DNA of 57,252 bases from Verrucomicrobiota bacterium (GTDB lineage Bacteria; Verrucomicrobiota; Verrucomicrobiia; Chthoniobacterales; UBA10450): contig JBKPRQ010000155.1 in assembly GCA_046734635.1 (NCBI GenBank), forward strand, positions 1-57,252, read 5' to 3'. Below the pieces are notes generated by a model. It made no database searches and had not been told where the DNA came from. It was given only the letters and a program-made list of their open reading frames with translations. Shown piece after piece: positions 1 to 9,041 of this stretch (position 1 is its first letter; each line of letters opens with the position of its first letter). Both the position numbers and the translations under genes were made by a program.

Positions 1-582
1 AACGCTGGTAGGTGGATTCCAACCCGCTCCAGCTCTTTGCAGATCATAAATTTCGATGGTTCGACTTGTACCTCCGGTTTGCGTGAGCCCGGACATGGCC
101 ATAATGCGACCATCGGCAAGGGCGGTCGCTGTCGCATACCAACGCCCATCCACCATATTCTGAGACTGCACATACTGGCTGGTTGCTGGATTGAAGATCG
201 AAGCCCGGTTTTCGCCCGTGAACGAGTAGTCCGACGTTCCACCGACAATCAACGATCGCCCATCGAACAGAGCGGCTGTACCGCTGCAAAAGACATCATA
301 CGTAAGATTCTGAACGCTGATGCTGCTCTCATTAGTGCCGCTTGGGTCCCACACTGCCGCGCGATAGCTCTCCGCACCTTCTGAGTTGTTGCGTGCGTCA
401 TTCTCCGATCCCGCCACAATCAGCACCTTGCCATTAGGCAGCAAATTGGCCGAGATTGGATTGATCGGCATTTGATACGGGAGCACGGTCCATGTCCCAG
501 TGATATGTGGGACATTGGTGGGACACTGCGCGAGGGCGCTTAAATGAGTAAGCGCAGCCACAACGGCTGAAACGAGGAACAT
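1..582 (-). CDS. Secreted kelch / beta-propeller protein, glyoxal-oxidase or galactose-oxidase-like (N-terminal 194 aa only; C-terminus runs off the window)
   Basis: Absent from the ORF track because it has no stop inside the window. The minus-strand frame from ATG 582 (alternative GTG 606) is open to base 1. It reads MFLVSAVVAALTHLSALAQC (signal peptide), then ...NLLPNGKVLIVAGSEND...YDVFCSGTAALFDGRSLIVGGT...DGRWYATATALADGRIMAMSG, i.e. repeated kelch-like blades. Confidence 0.6.
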   Translation of the reverse strand, partial: MFLVSAVVAALTHLSALAQCPTNVPHITGTWTVLPYQMPINPISANLLPNGKVLIVAGSENDARNNSEGAESYRAAVWDPSGTNESSISVQNLTYDVFCSGTAALFDGRSLIVGGTSDYSFTGENRASIFNPATSQYVQSQNMVDGRWYATATALADGRIMAMSGLTQTGGTSRTIEIYDLQRAGAGWNPPTSV

Positions 583-916
583 CGAAGAGCAGCGAATCGC
601 TGCCACGAAGGGTATATTCATAGTAATCTCCGGTTCTTGCCATTCGATGCGAGAGATTACTAAACGGAGGGCCCTGACTTACCGTTGAGAAGGCCTAATA
701 GTCCGCAAACATCGATTCGGATCGACTTTTACGAAAAATTGTGGACGCTGGTCAAGTACAAAATTGCGCATTTCAAGAAAACCTGTCACGGCTCCTTGAA
801 ATCGCCTCTGTGTTCGTGCGTATCGATCGCGTTGCCTCCCTCATCGTAACCGCGGTAAACGTCTAAATCGCTGATTTCACGAGGGAAAATGCCGTTCACG
901 AGCGTGAAAAGAAGTG

Positions 917-989
917 AGCCGACGACGGGATTTGAACCCGTGACCTGCGGTTTACGAAACCGCTGCTCTACCAGCTGAGCTACGTCGGC
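917..989 (-). tRNA. tRNA-Thr (anticodon CGT)
   Basis: The reverse complement folds as GCCGACG-TA-GCTC-AGCTGGTA-GAGC-A-GCGGT-TTCGTAA-ACCGC-AGGTC-ACGGG-TTCAAAT-CCCGT-CGTCGGC-T. That is 73 nt with a canonical cloverleaf and anticodon loop TT-CGT-AA. No CCA is encoded. Confidence 0.9.
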
Positions 990-1146
990 GCGAGCGGGTG
1001 CAAACATTGCATCCACCGGCGCTGGAGACAAGCGGTCTCGCTGTAGCCGCTTCGTTGTGCGAAGTGCTTCGGAGTAATGTCCTCAGCAAGATATTCCCTA
1101 AAGTGCTTGCGACGCTCTCCGCCTGCGGGTCTCACAGAGATGCGGC

Positions 1147-2082
1147 TTACAACAAGGGCAGCACGAAAGTCTCACCAATTTCACGCAGTGCGATGCGTTC
1201 CGGAGCGTTTCGAAGGACGGCTTGGAAGCGTTCGATTGGTTCACGCAACGGCTCAAAGCTGAGCCGAAAGGTTTGGTGATGCACCGGCATGATGAATTGG
1301 GCGCCTGCGGCCGTTGCCATCTCAACGGCCTGTTCAGGTGTGCAGTGCGACTGGATCCACGGATTGTAGGCGCCGATTGACATGATCGCGACATCGATTG
1401 GGTGCCGTACCTTTGCAAAGCTGTCGGTCATGGCGGTGTCGCCACCGAAGAGAATGCGTCGGCCATTTCGCTCCATCACGTAGCCATTATAACCGCGATA
1501 ATCATCGCGTTGCTTTCGTGCACCCCAGTGTTTCACTTCAAAGGCGCTGATCGTGATGTCGCCCTTCGTTTGATTGGAGAAGCTGACGATTTTCGTTTCA
1601 CCCCAGCCAAGTTCTGAGACGTCTCGGAGACGCGCCCATTTTAGTAAGTCTGCCGTGTTTGGAGCGGTGATTACACGGGTGTTTTCATCAAAGCGGTGTA
1701 GCGTTCGCAAATCGAAATGATCGAAGTGCGCATGGGATAGAAGAATAAGGTCAATGCGAGGCAGTTCATGAAGTTGGAGCGCAGGCGCGGTCAATCGCTT
1801 CGGACCAATCGTGAATCCCGGCAGCCGAATTCCAATACGGGGAAAGAGCACCGGATCGGTGAGAATGTTGATACCGAAGAAGTTGATGAGGACGGTGGCG
1901 TGGCCGATCCAGGCTGCCGTTACGCGGCCATCATTCCACGTCAACGGCTCGGGTTTCGCGAAGGCGGGAACGATGGGGCGCCAACTTTCGACTGTCCATT
2001 CACGCCAAAGATGCGCGAGCCAACGGCGTACGCGCGCGCTGCGTAAAGTTGGTTGTTCGGGTTCGTCCCTATTGATGCTCAT
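1147..2082 (-). CDS. MBL-fold metallo-hydrolase
   Basis: 311-aa ORF with IGHATVLINFFGINILTDP, the metal-binding motif LLSHAHFDHFD and a later GGDTA, typical of beta-lactamase-fold Zn hydrolases (NAPE-PLD/UlaG-like). Confidence 0.8.
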   Translation of the reverse strand: MSINRDEPEQPTLRSARVRRWLAHLWREWTVESWRPIVPAFAKPEPLTWNDGRVTAAWIGHATVLINFFGINILTDPVLFPRIGIRLPGFTIGPKRLTAPALQLHELPRIDLILLSHAHFDHFDLRTLHRFDENTRVITAPNTADLLKWARLRDVSELGWGETKIVSFSNQTKGDITISAFEVKHWGARKQRDDYRGYNGYVMERNGRRILFGGDTAMTDSFAKVRHPIDVAIMSIGAYNPWIQSHCTPEQAVEMATAAGAQFIMPVHHQTFRLSFEPLREPIERFQAVLRNAPERIALREIGETFVLPLL

Positions 2083-2191
2083 ACTCCTGCTCGTGCTCGA
2101 CGGGTCTCTGAAGAAGAAGCAGCACGAGCATGGGCATGAGCATGATTAAGAATACGAGCCGGAAGCGAACAAGAGACGACGTTGGTCCTTC

Positions 2192-3070
2192 TTACTCTCT
2201 GCTAAATAATCCCTTGATGGCTTTCCAGAGCGTTCTGGTTGCTTTTGGTTTGCCGGCGCGCGCAACAAGTACCGGGCAATTGGCGCGGTTCAAAATGCTG
2301 CGGGTCAAATCGCCCATAATGTAATGACCCAGGAGGCCGCGCGCCTGCGAGGTACCGGTCACGATCAAATCGTAATCGCCCGCGCGCGCTTCGTCGAAAA
2401 TTTGATCGATTGCAATACCATGTCGAAGCCGCACTTCGGCTGGAACCGCGAGGCGTTCGAGCTCTCTTTTTTCCCGGCGGAGATTTGTCCCAAGCTCCGA
2501 TTTCGATTCCAGTAACTGATCAACATTCTCTTCCAAGAGAACCAGGTTTGCGTACATGGCAGGAGGTTCAGCCATCACATGCAGTAACGTGACTGAAGCA
2601 TTCACGGCGGCAGCAAGTTCGCCGGTAAACTCCACTGCCTTCTCGATGAATTCTTTTCCGCCTGTGCAAACTAGAAAGCGCTTCAACTGCTCGCATTCGC
2701 CGATGGCTACCAGCACCGGGGGCTGAATGGACTTGATAACTTCGTAAGTCTTTTGCGAACGCCAGTAATACCCGGTCGCTCCCGTCCATCGCGCTCCGAT
2801 AACAACCAGATCGTAGCTGGTTTTTGATGTTTGATCTACAATTTGCCTAACGGGCTCGCCAGCTTGGACGATGATATTCGGCGATACGCCATGCCCGTGG
2901 AGCGAATCCGCCTGCTTCTGGAGCGCATCCCGCAGTGGCTGGTCATCTTGTGATGTCTCCGCAATTCCAAGGAGCGTGGCTTCAGCTTTGAGTGGGCCGG
3001 CAAAGGAGCCTCCAAGGTGGATCGCTGTGTCAGCTGACGATGTTCCATCGCTGCAAATCAAAATTTTCAT
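2192..3070 (-). CDS. Universal stress protein, tandem UspA domains
   Basis: 292 aa made of two Usp-like halves, each ending in a DLIVxG...G...GS/T...V....A.CPVLV-type ATP-binding motif (DLVVIGARW...; DLIVTGTSQARGLLGHYIMGDLTRSILNRANCPVLVA). Confidence 0.8.
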   Translation of the reverse strand: MKILICSDGTSSADTAIHLGGSFAGPLKAEATLLGIAETSQDDQPLRDALQKQADSLHGHGVSPNIIVQAGEPVRQIVDQTSKTSYDLVVIGARWTGATGYYWRSQKTYEVIKSIQPPVLVAIGECEQLKRFLVCTGGKEFIEKAVEFTGELAAAVNASVTLLHVMAEPPAMYANLVLLEENVDQLLESKSELGTNLRREKRELERLAVPAEVRLRHGIAIDQIFDEARAGDYDLIVTGTSQARGLLGHYIMGDLTRSILNRANCPVLVARAGKPKATRTLWKAIKGLFSRE

Positions 3071-3072
3071 GG

Positions 3073-3999
3073 CTAGAGTTTGTGACCCGTCATGAGCGTG
3101 TAAATAACGATAGCGACGCCAATCAATGGCAGTGGTACAAAGGCGAGCCGAATCTTCGGCCCCGCGAAATATTGCGTAGCAACCACGCCGATCTGCGCAC
3201 CGATGACTGCGCCGGTGTGCATGACGAGCGCGATGAGAATATCCACGTTGCCTTTAATCGCGTGGGTAAGCGTTCCATAACTTGCTGAAATCACGATCTC
3301 AAAAAGATCGGTTCCCACTGCCAGATGCGTGGGAATCCCGATGACGTAAACCATCGAGGGCATTCGAATGTAACCCGCGCCGCCGCCAAGAAAACCGCTG
3401 AAGACACCCCCAACAAAGGCGACCAGAAGTATGATCCATAGAGAAATTTCAGGTATGCCTGAAGTGGGCAGCGCGATCATCGGCGGAATTTTCATCCGTT
3501 GAATCGCTTGCGTGACTGGTCCGAAGGCGGAGCGATCCTTTTTCGACGCCGCGCCCTTTACCAGCCCAGGTTGACGCTTTCTTTTGTCCGACCGCAGGGT
3601 CTTTCGGCTTTCCCAAAGCATGAAGCCCGAAATGGCGGCGTAAACGGCGATCGCGACAAAGCTGACAACCGTGTTCACATTGCCGGCACGCTTTAGCGCC
3701 TGAATAAACTGCGCCCCGGCTTCGGCGCCAGCAATTGTTCCCAACGCCATGATAAGTCCCAGTTTAAGATCGACGTTGCCAAGTGTGCGATGTTGTCTCG
3801 CTGCTACGATCGATTTGCCAACGATATGTGCGAGGTCCGTTCCAACCGCATAATTCCAATCGACTCCCATCAGACGCAGTGCCGGGCCGGCAATGAAACT
3901 TCCGCCTACACCAAAGAACCCCCCCAAAATTCCAATAATAAAGCCTACAACAGCCAGATAAATCGGGTTGATGTCAGCGTGGGATATTGGAAAAAACAT
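3073..3999 (-). CDS. TauE/SafE family sulfite-exporter-like membrane protein
   Basis: 308 aa, polytopic. Duplicated GGFFGVGGSF / GFLGGGAGYI glycine-rich TM motifs are separated by a charged loop, as in the DUF81/TauE family. Confidence 0.8.
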   Translation of the reverse strand: MFFPISHADINPIYLAVVGFIIGILGGFFGVGGSFIAGPALRLMGVDWNYAVGTDLAHIVGKSIVAARQHRTLGNVDLKLGLIMALGTIAGAEAGAQFIQALKRAGNVNTVVSFVAIAVYAAISGFMLWESRKTLRSDKRKRQPGLVKGAASKKDRSAFGPVTQAIQRMKIPPMIALPTSGIPEISLWIILLVAFVGGVFSGFLGGGAGYIRMPSMVYVIGIPTHLAVGTDLFEIVISASYGTLTHAIKGNVDILIALVMHTGAVIGAQIGVVATQYFAGPKIRLAFVPLPLIGVAIVIYTLMTGHKL

Positions 4000-4002
4000 G
4001 AG

Positions 4003-4245
4003 TTATCTCCAGCGTCCCCGTAGAAGGCGAAGCAGAAGTGTGCTCACCGTGTCTAGAACGACGGCCTGACCAGCGATGAGCAAAAGAGCAACGCCCGCAT
4101 AAATGTAGCGATGCTGCGTTTCGAGGTGGTAGAGCCAATCACCAAGAAGATGAAGGACCAGAAAGAAATAAATGATGACAAGGACCGAATAGATCGCCAA
4201 TTCGCTTCCAAAAGTTCGCAGACTTTTGGCAGTTTCCTTTTTCAT
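4003..4245 (-). CDS. Small two-TM membrane protein (hypothetical)
   Basis: 80 aa with two hydrophobic helices. Its stop lies 3 nt upstream of the TauE start, so it is probably co-transcribed. Confidence 0.5.
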   Translation of the reverse strand: MKKETAKSLRTFGSELAIYSVLVIIYFFLVLHLLGDWLYHLETQHRYIYAGVALLLIAGQAVVLDTVSTLLLRLLRGRWR

Positions 4246-4462
4246 AAGGCGGAGGTTTTCAAAGCGTTGAGATGCTACTTCGTTAAGTTGCTAGATTAGT
4301 CGAGCGTTATTGGGCGATGATTTGCTTTGAGCTTCAACGTTTTACCGATTTAACGTGCAGCCGGCACCTGCTGGTTGCGTCGTAGCGCGATTGGGCGGAA
4401 ATTATTTTGCACACGGGGTGTTTCCTTCCTAACGTTCCACTTCATTTTTTAAGGGAAAAGCC

Positions 4463-4696
4463 ATGGCCGATGCCGCGAACAAATACGCCGAAAACGTACC
4501 GGGCAAGTTCTACGTCGATGATCAATGCATCGATTGCGATTTGTGCCGCGAAACTGCGCCGGCCAATTTCAAACGAAACGACGACGGCGGCCATTCGTAC
4601 GTCTATAAGCAACCTGAGACGCCAGAAGAAGAAGGGCTTTGCAAGGAAGCGATGGAAGGTTGCCCCGTCGAAGCGATCGGCAACGACGGAGCGTAA
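4463..4696 (+). CDS. Ferredoxin (single Fe-S cluster type)
   Basis: 77 aa with [20 protein letters not shown] ... CPVEAI, i.e. a CxxCxxC...CP cluster-binding motif. Confidence 0.85.
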   Translation: MADAANKYAENVPGKFYVDDQCIDCDLCRETAPANFKRNDDGGHSYVYKQPETPEEEGLCKEAMEGCPVEAIGNDGA

Positions 4697-4698
4697 TT

Positions 4699-4772
4699 CT
4701 GTAGCGGCGGTCTATGACCGCCGAATCCCATGGGTAAGCAACGCAGTCGGCGCTCACAGAGCGCCGCTACAG
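4699..4772. repeat. Double-hairpin palindromic (REP/MITE-like) element, copy 1
   Basis: CTGTAG-CGGCGGTC-TAT-GACCGCCG, a 24-nt spacer, then CGGCGCTC-ACA-GAGCGCCG-CTACAG. The spacer contains the thiD ATG (4730). Confidence 0.85.
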
Positions 4773-5632
4773 TTCCGATCGCCCTCAGCATCGCAGGTTC
4801 CGACAGCAGCGCAGGTGCTGGTATCCAGGCCGACCTGAAAACGTTTTCCGCACTCGGTGTTTACGGATTGACCGCTGTCACCTGCATTGTCGCGGAGATT
4901 CCCGGAAAAGTTTCGCGGATTGAGCCAGCCAGCGCGCGAATTGTGCGTGAGCAAATCGAAGTGCTCGTCAAAAGTTTTCCGATCGCTGCGATCAAGACTG
5001 GTTTGCTGTGTTCGCGGGAAATTATTTCCGCTGTAGCGAAAACGATCCAGCGCATCCGCAAGACGTTTCAGCCGCGGATTCAGTTAGTGATCGATCCAGT
5101 CTTTGTCGCGACGAGCGGTGATCCTCTCCTGGAGCCGACGGCCATCGAAATGTACGAGAAGGAATTGTTCCCGCTTGCCAGCTTGATTACGCCAAATCTC
5201 GATGAAGCGGGCAGGTTGCTTGCATCGAAAATCAAGGACCGGCGATCAATGCATCTCGCGGGGAAAGAGTTGGAGAAGAAATTCGGAACTCCAATCCTTC
5301 TCAAGGGTGGTCACCTGGTGGGAGATCGTGCTATCGATCTTCTGTTTGTCGATGGAAAAGTTACCGAGTTTTCAGCTGCATTCGTTCGCGGCTTGTCGAC
5401 TCACGGCACCGGCTGCACCTATTCGGCAGCAATCACGGCCGGGCTTGCTAAAGGCCTGTCACTCGAAGAGGCGATCACCGAGGGCAAGAAATTCGTCACT
5501 GCATCGATTCGTAGTCACCTGCAATGGGGCGATCTTCATGCACTGAATCATTCGATACGACCTGGTAGGGCGCGACCGCCGGGCGAGCCCAAACGCGGAA
5601 CGGACGGCTCGGCGATCCGTCCCTGCCCGTAG
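4730..5632 (+). CDS. thiD: Hydroxymethylpyrimidine / phosphomethylpyrimidine kinase
   Basis: [30 protein letters not shown] near the N-terminus and [17 protein letters not shown] near the C-terminus are ThiD/PfkB-family signatures. The first 13 or so and last 25 or so codons are repeat-derived (see findings). Confidence 0.85.
   Translation: MGKQRSRRSQSAATVPIALSIAGSDSSAGAGIQADLKTFSALGVYGLTAVTCIVAEIPGKVSRIEPASARIVREQIEVLVKSFPIAAIKTGLLCSREIISAVAKTIQRIRKTFQPRIQLVIDPVFVATSGDPLLEPTAIEMYEKELFPLASLITPNLDEAGRLLASKIKDRRSMHLAGKELEKKFGTPILLKGGHLVGDRAIDLLFVDGKVTEFSAAFVRGLSTHGTGCTYSAAITAGLAKGLSLEEAITEGKKFVTASIRSHLQWGDLHALNHSIRPGRARPPGEPKRGTDGSAIRPCP
5563..5632. repeat. Degenerate palindromic element related to the CTGTAG family
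   Basis: TGGTAGGGCGCGACCGCC ... GGACGG-CTCGGCGAT-CCGTCC-CTGCCCGTAG. It has GTAG/CTAC-type inverted ends and an internal hairpin, and sits at the convergent thiD/rnc junction. The terminal TAG is the thiD stop codon. Confidence 0.5.
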
Positions 5633-5641
5633 ATCGCGACT

Positions 5642-6343
5642 TTAGGCCTCTTCGCGTTCCTTTTTTTCCCAATGCTTTAGCCGCATCGCTTCGATCGCAG
5701 CCGCAGTTTCCGCTTGTTTCTTGCTGCGTCCGCCACCCTGACCGAGAACGATTCCCTCCCAAATAACTTGTGAGACAAACATCTTCTCGTGCTCGGGCCC
5801 GCTTTGCGAAACTAATTCGTAAACCGGACTGTGCGGCGAGATGCTTTGCAACAGCTCCTGAAGCTGGCCCTTCGGATTGATGTCCACTGGCGTTTCCGCC
5901 AGCTGTTCGAGATCGCCGCGAGTCTGCGTCAAAATAAAGTCTTTCGCCGCTTCGAGACCACCGTCGAGGTATATGGCGCCGATAAGTGATTCAAATGCAT
6001 CCGCCAGTGTGGACGTGCGTTCCCTGCCGCCACTGCTTTCTTCGCCGCGCCCCATCAAAATGTAGCGTCCGAGGCCGAGCGTGGCCGCATGCGTCCTCAA
6101 CGCTTCGCGAGAGACCAACCGGGAGCGGAGTTTCGTTAGTTGACCTTCAGCTTCGGATCGAAAATGGCTAAACAGATACTCCGTAATAACGAGCTGGAGA
6201 ACGGCGTCGCCCAAAAATTCCAAACGCTGATAATCAAAATGATAACGTTGCGCCTCATGACCGAGGCTGGGGTGCGTGAGCGCCTCCGCCAGCAAAAGTG
6301 AGTTCCGGAATTTGTAACCGATGCGTTCTTCGAGCGGTGTCAC
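5642..6343 (-). CDS. rnc: Ribonuclease III
   Basis: LEERIGYKFRNSLLLAEALTHPS, the RNase III signature ERLEFLGDAVL, and a C-terminal dsRNA-binding domain (GPEHEKMFVSQV...GGGRSKKQAETAAA). Confidence 0.9.
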   Translation of the reverse strand: MTPLEERIGYKFRNSLLLAEALTHPSLGHEAQRYHFDYQRLEFLGDAVLQLVITEYLFSHFRSEAEGQLTKLRSRLVSREALRTHAATLGLGRYILMGRGEESSGGRERTSTLADAFESLIGAIYLDGGLEAAKDFILTQTRGDLEQLAETPVDINPKGQLQELLQSISPHSPVYELVSQSGPEHEKMFVSQVIWEGIVLGQGGGRSKKQAETAAAIEAMRLKHWEKKEREEA

Positions 6344-6472
6344 TTCTTTGCCATTCTGAGCGAAATCGAAAAATCTCTCAACTCAGTATAACGACCATGA
6401 ATTGCCGGGCGAGAACAAGGTCCGCCAGCATTAGCAAAGTCGTGGAAAGCGAGGCCGCGAAGACGCCGTCCG

Positions 6473-7630
6473 CTATCGCTTTTGATAAACCTCGAGCGAG
6501 GTGACCACATCAAGTGCGCGTTGCAATACCGGATCGTGCGCTGGCGGCTTTTCCGGCGCGCGACCACGCCGTTGCTGCGCGGCCTCCGCCGCTTCAACCT
6601 CAGGATTTGTTCCGGCCAGCAGCGCTGCCTCGTTCATGTGCGGGCGGCCGGCTTCGTAAACAAACGGTCCCATTCCTTTTTCGCCGCTCATTTGGAAAAT
6701 CTGTCGCTTATCTGCTATCGACATTTCGACCGGCAGATCCGGCTTTATCCCATCGGGAAACAGTGGACGACCGTCGGGGGAAACCATTTCCGCGACGGCA
6801 ACACGCAGAATTTTGCCGCTCGGCAATGACAAATCGGAATATTCAGCTGCGCGACCAGCAGTCGTTTGCCCGATAAGCAGGGCCCTGTTGTAAAATCTCA
6901 GTGCAGCAGCCATCGCCTCGGCCGCCCCAACCGTATCGCTATCTGTGAGCACCATGACAAGGCCGCGAAACGCCGGATCACGTTCGGAATTAAAGACGCG
7001 GTCCTGACGTCCCGTGGGCTTGCGCAGGGTAAAAAGCGTTTTGCCTTTTGGAGAAAACCGCTTTGCAAATTCAGCGGCCAGCGGCAAATCATTCGTCGCC
7101 TGGCTGGCGCGAAGATCGACGATTACCGCGTTGATGTTTTTGGCGGCAAAATTGCTCAGACTCTTGTCCAACGCCTGAAGGTTAGCTGCGTTTAATGAGC
7201 CGACGCGCAAGTATCCGGTGTGCCCCCCGATGATCTCGCTGTAAGAGACGCTTGGCGCTTCTGCCGGAGCGTTCTCCTTGGCGGGCAAAAGCATGACCCC
7301 GCGCGGAAGCCGGACGACGAGACCCTCAACGGTCGCCCGATTCAACTCGGTATCTGTAATTGCATCCGGATTTGTAAAATTAGTTCTTAATAACGTGATG
7401 ACTGCCTGCAGGTCAGCCGCGCCTAACGAATTCACCACATCCTCCGTTGTTGGGCTGGCGAAGGGTGAAGGCGATGAGGGTGCGGATGGTCTTGCTGAAG
7501 CGGCGGGCCTGCCTGGCGGCATTGCAGTCGGCGGCGGAGTTTGCGCCAGCGCGTTTATCACCATGAAAAAGCTAATGAAGGACAACGACGTGAATTGAGA
7601 CATGGAAACAGATGCCGACCTATAGCGCAT
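6473..7630 (-). CDS. S41 (C-terminal processing peptidase) family homologue, secreted, probably catalytically inactive
   Basis: Signal peptide and Pro/Ser-rich linker, then an S41 core (GYLRVGSL..., AVIVDLRAS, VMVLTDSDTVGAAEAMAAALRFYNRALLIGQTTAGRA..., GIKPDLPVE). The Ser and Lys dyad positions read Gly and Arg (see finding). Confidence 0.75.
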   Translation of the reverse strand: MRYRSASVSMSQFTSLSFISFFMVINALAQTPPPTAMPPGRPAASARPSAPSSPSPFASPTTEDVVNSLGAADLQAVITLLRTNFTNPDAITDTELNRATVEGLVVRLPRGVMLLPAKENAPAEAPSVSYSEIIGGHTGYLRVGSLNAANLQALDKSLSNFAAKNINAVIVDLRASQATNDLPLAAEFAKRFSPKGKTLFTLRKPTGRQDRVFNSERDPAFRGLVMVLTDSDTVGAAEAMAAALRFYNRALLIGQTTAGRAAEYSDLSLPSGKILRVAVAEMVSPDGRPLFPDGIKPDLPVEMSIADKRQIFQMSGEKGMGPFVYEAGRPHMNEAALLAGTNPEVEAAEAAQQRRGRAPEKPPAHDPVLQRALDVVTSLEVYQKR

Positions 7631-7680
7631 TTTCTAATTGCACGAAAATTCGAAATCTGAATATCGGATTTGAGGTTCTA

Positions 7681-8949
7681 TCAACTGGTCACGCCGAGCG
7701 CAATGTCGTGCCGGTAGTGGCAGTTTTCGAAATGGATCCGGGAGACAGCCTCGTAAGCGCGGGTGCGAGCGGTTTCGAGCGTTGATCCGAGCGCTGTGAT
7801 CGCGAGAACGCGACCGCCGGCCGTCTTAACTTCGCCCTCGGCGCGCTTGGTACCGGCATGGAAAACCTGAACGTCTTCAAGCTTTGCTGCATCCGTGAGA
7901 CCAGAAATCGTTTTTCCAGTTTCGTATTTGCCAGGGTAACCACCCGATGCCAGCACGACGGTGACCGCAGCGCGTGTATCCCATTCAATCGCATACTTAC
8001 CAAGATTTCCATCAATCGTCGCTTCCAACAGCGGTAGCAGATCGGATTTCAGCCGGGGCAGAATCGCCTGTGTTTCCGGGTCGCCGAAACGGCAATTGAA
8101 CTCCAGCACACGGGCGCCATCGCTCGTGATTATCAGGCCGGGATAAAGAAGTCCGCGAAATGTGATTCCCTCTTGTAGAAGACCGCGTAGCAGCGGTTGC
8201 ATGATTTTCGTTTCGAATTGGGATTGCAGCTTCTTGGTCCAATTGTTGGCCGGACTGAACGCGCCCATCCCGCCCGTATTCGGGCCGTGATCGCCGTCCA
8301 GGGCGCGCTTGTGGTCACGCGCCGATTCCAGCAGACGATAACTGCTTCCATCCACCAGGGCGTGCAGTGAACATTCCGTTCCGCGCAGGAATTCCTCGAT
8401 CACGATGCGCCGCCCTGCATCACCAAAACGGCCCTGATTTATCATCTCGTCGATGGCGGACCTCGCCGCGGCAGCATCAGCGGCAATAATAACTCCTTTC
8501 CCCAGAGCAAGGCCATCTGCTTTGATCACAACGGGAAATTTCACCTGTTCGCAGTAATCCAGGGCTTCGCTGCTGCCGGAAAATGTTCTCGCCTTGGCGG
8601 TGGGAATTTTTTGTGCGCGCATCAGCTCTTTTGCGAAGATTTTGGACGCCTCAATGCGCGCTGCGGATTTCGTTGGCCCAAACGCGCGCAGCTTTTCAGC
8701 CGTGAATAGATCGACAATCCCGGTGGCAAGTGGATCGTCCGGACCGACCACGGTCAGATCGATACAATTCCCCTTCGCAAACCGAGCCAATGCGTGCAGA
8801 TCATTGGCTGAGATCGCAACGTTCTCGGCAATTTCGGAAGTGCCTGCGTTTCCTGGCGCGCAGAAAATTCGGTCCGCGCCTGAAGACTGTCGGAGTTTCC
8901 ACGCAAGCGCATGTTCACGGCCGCCGCTGCCAATGACGAGAATTTTCAT
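7681..8949 (-). CDS. purD: Phosphoribosylamine--glycine ligase
   Basis: MKILVIGSGGREHALAWKL, an ATP-grasp core, and ...GPNTGGMGAFSP... over 422 aa. Confidence 0.95.
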   Translation of the reverse strand: MKILVIGSGGREHALAWKLRQSSGADRIFCAPGNAGTSEIAENVAISANDLHALARFAKGNCIDLTVVGPDDPLATGIVDLFTAEKLRAFGPTKSAARIEASKIFAKELMRAQKIPTAKARTFSGSSEALDYCEQVKFPVVIKADGLALGKGVIIAADAAAARSAIDEMINQGRFGDAGRRIVIEEFLRGTECSLHALVDGSSYRLLESARDHKRALDGDHGPNTGGMGAFSPANNWTKKLQSQFETKIMQPLLRGLLQEGITFRGLLYPGLIITSDGARVLEFNCRFGDPETQAILPRLKSDLLPLLEATIDGNLGKYAIEWDTRAAVTVVLASGGYPGKYETGKTISGLTDAAKLEDVQVFHAGTKRAEGEVKTAGGRVLAITALGSTLETARTRAYEAVSRIHFENCHYRHDIALGVTS

Positions 8950-9041
8950 TGCGAATCAGTTTTGACTGTAGAGGTAGCCGACTCGGCTGCAATTCTTTCG
9001 AACATCGCAGTAGCACGCCTGCCAATGTGTTGCGAGAAGGG

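Noticed and set aside
786-1031. 81-aa minus-strand ORF.
   Set aside because: It is the translation of the tRNA-Thr gene and its flanks.
4246-4729. Looked for a TPP riboswitch upstream of thiD or the ferredoxin gene.
   Set aside because: I could not recognise the conserved CUGAGA / ACCUGAUCUGGAUAAUGCCAGCG-type core. The thiD leader is occupied by the palindromic element instead.
4407-4838. 143-aa plus-strand ORF spanning the ferredoxin gene and the thiD 5' end.
   Set aside because: It is out of frame with two well-supported genes, and its C-terminal part is simply the translated repeat (AAVYDRR...GAHRAPLQ).
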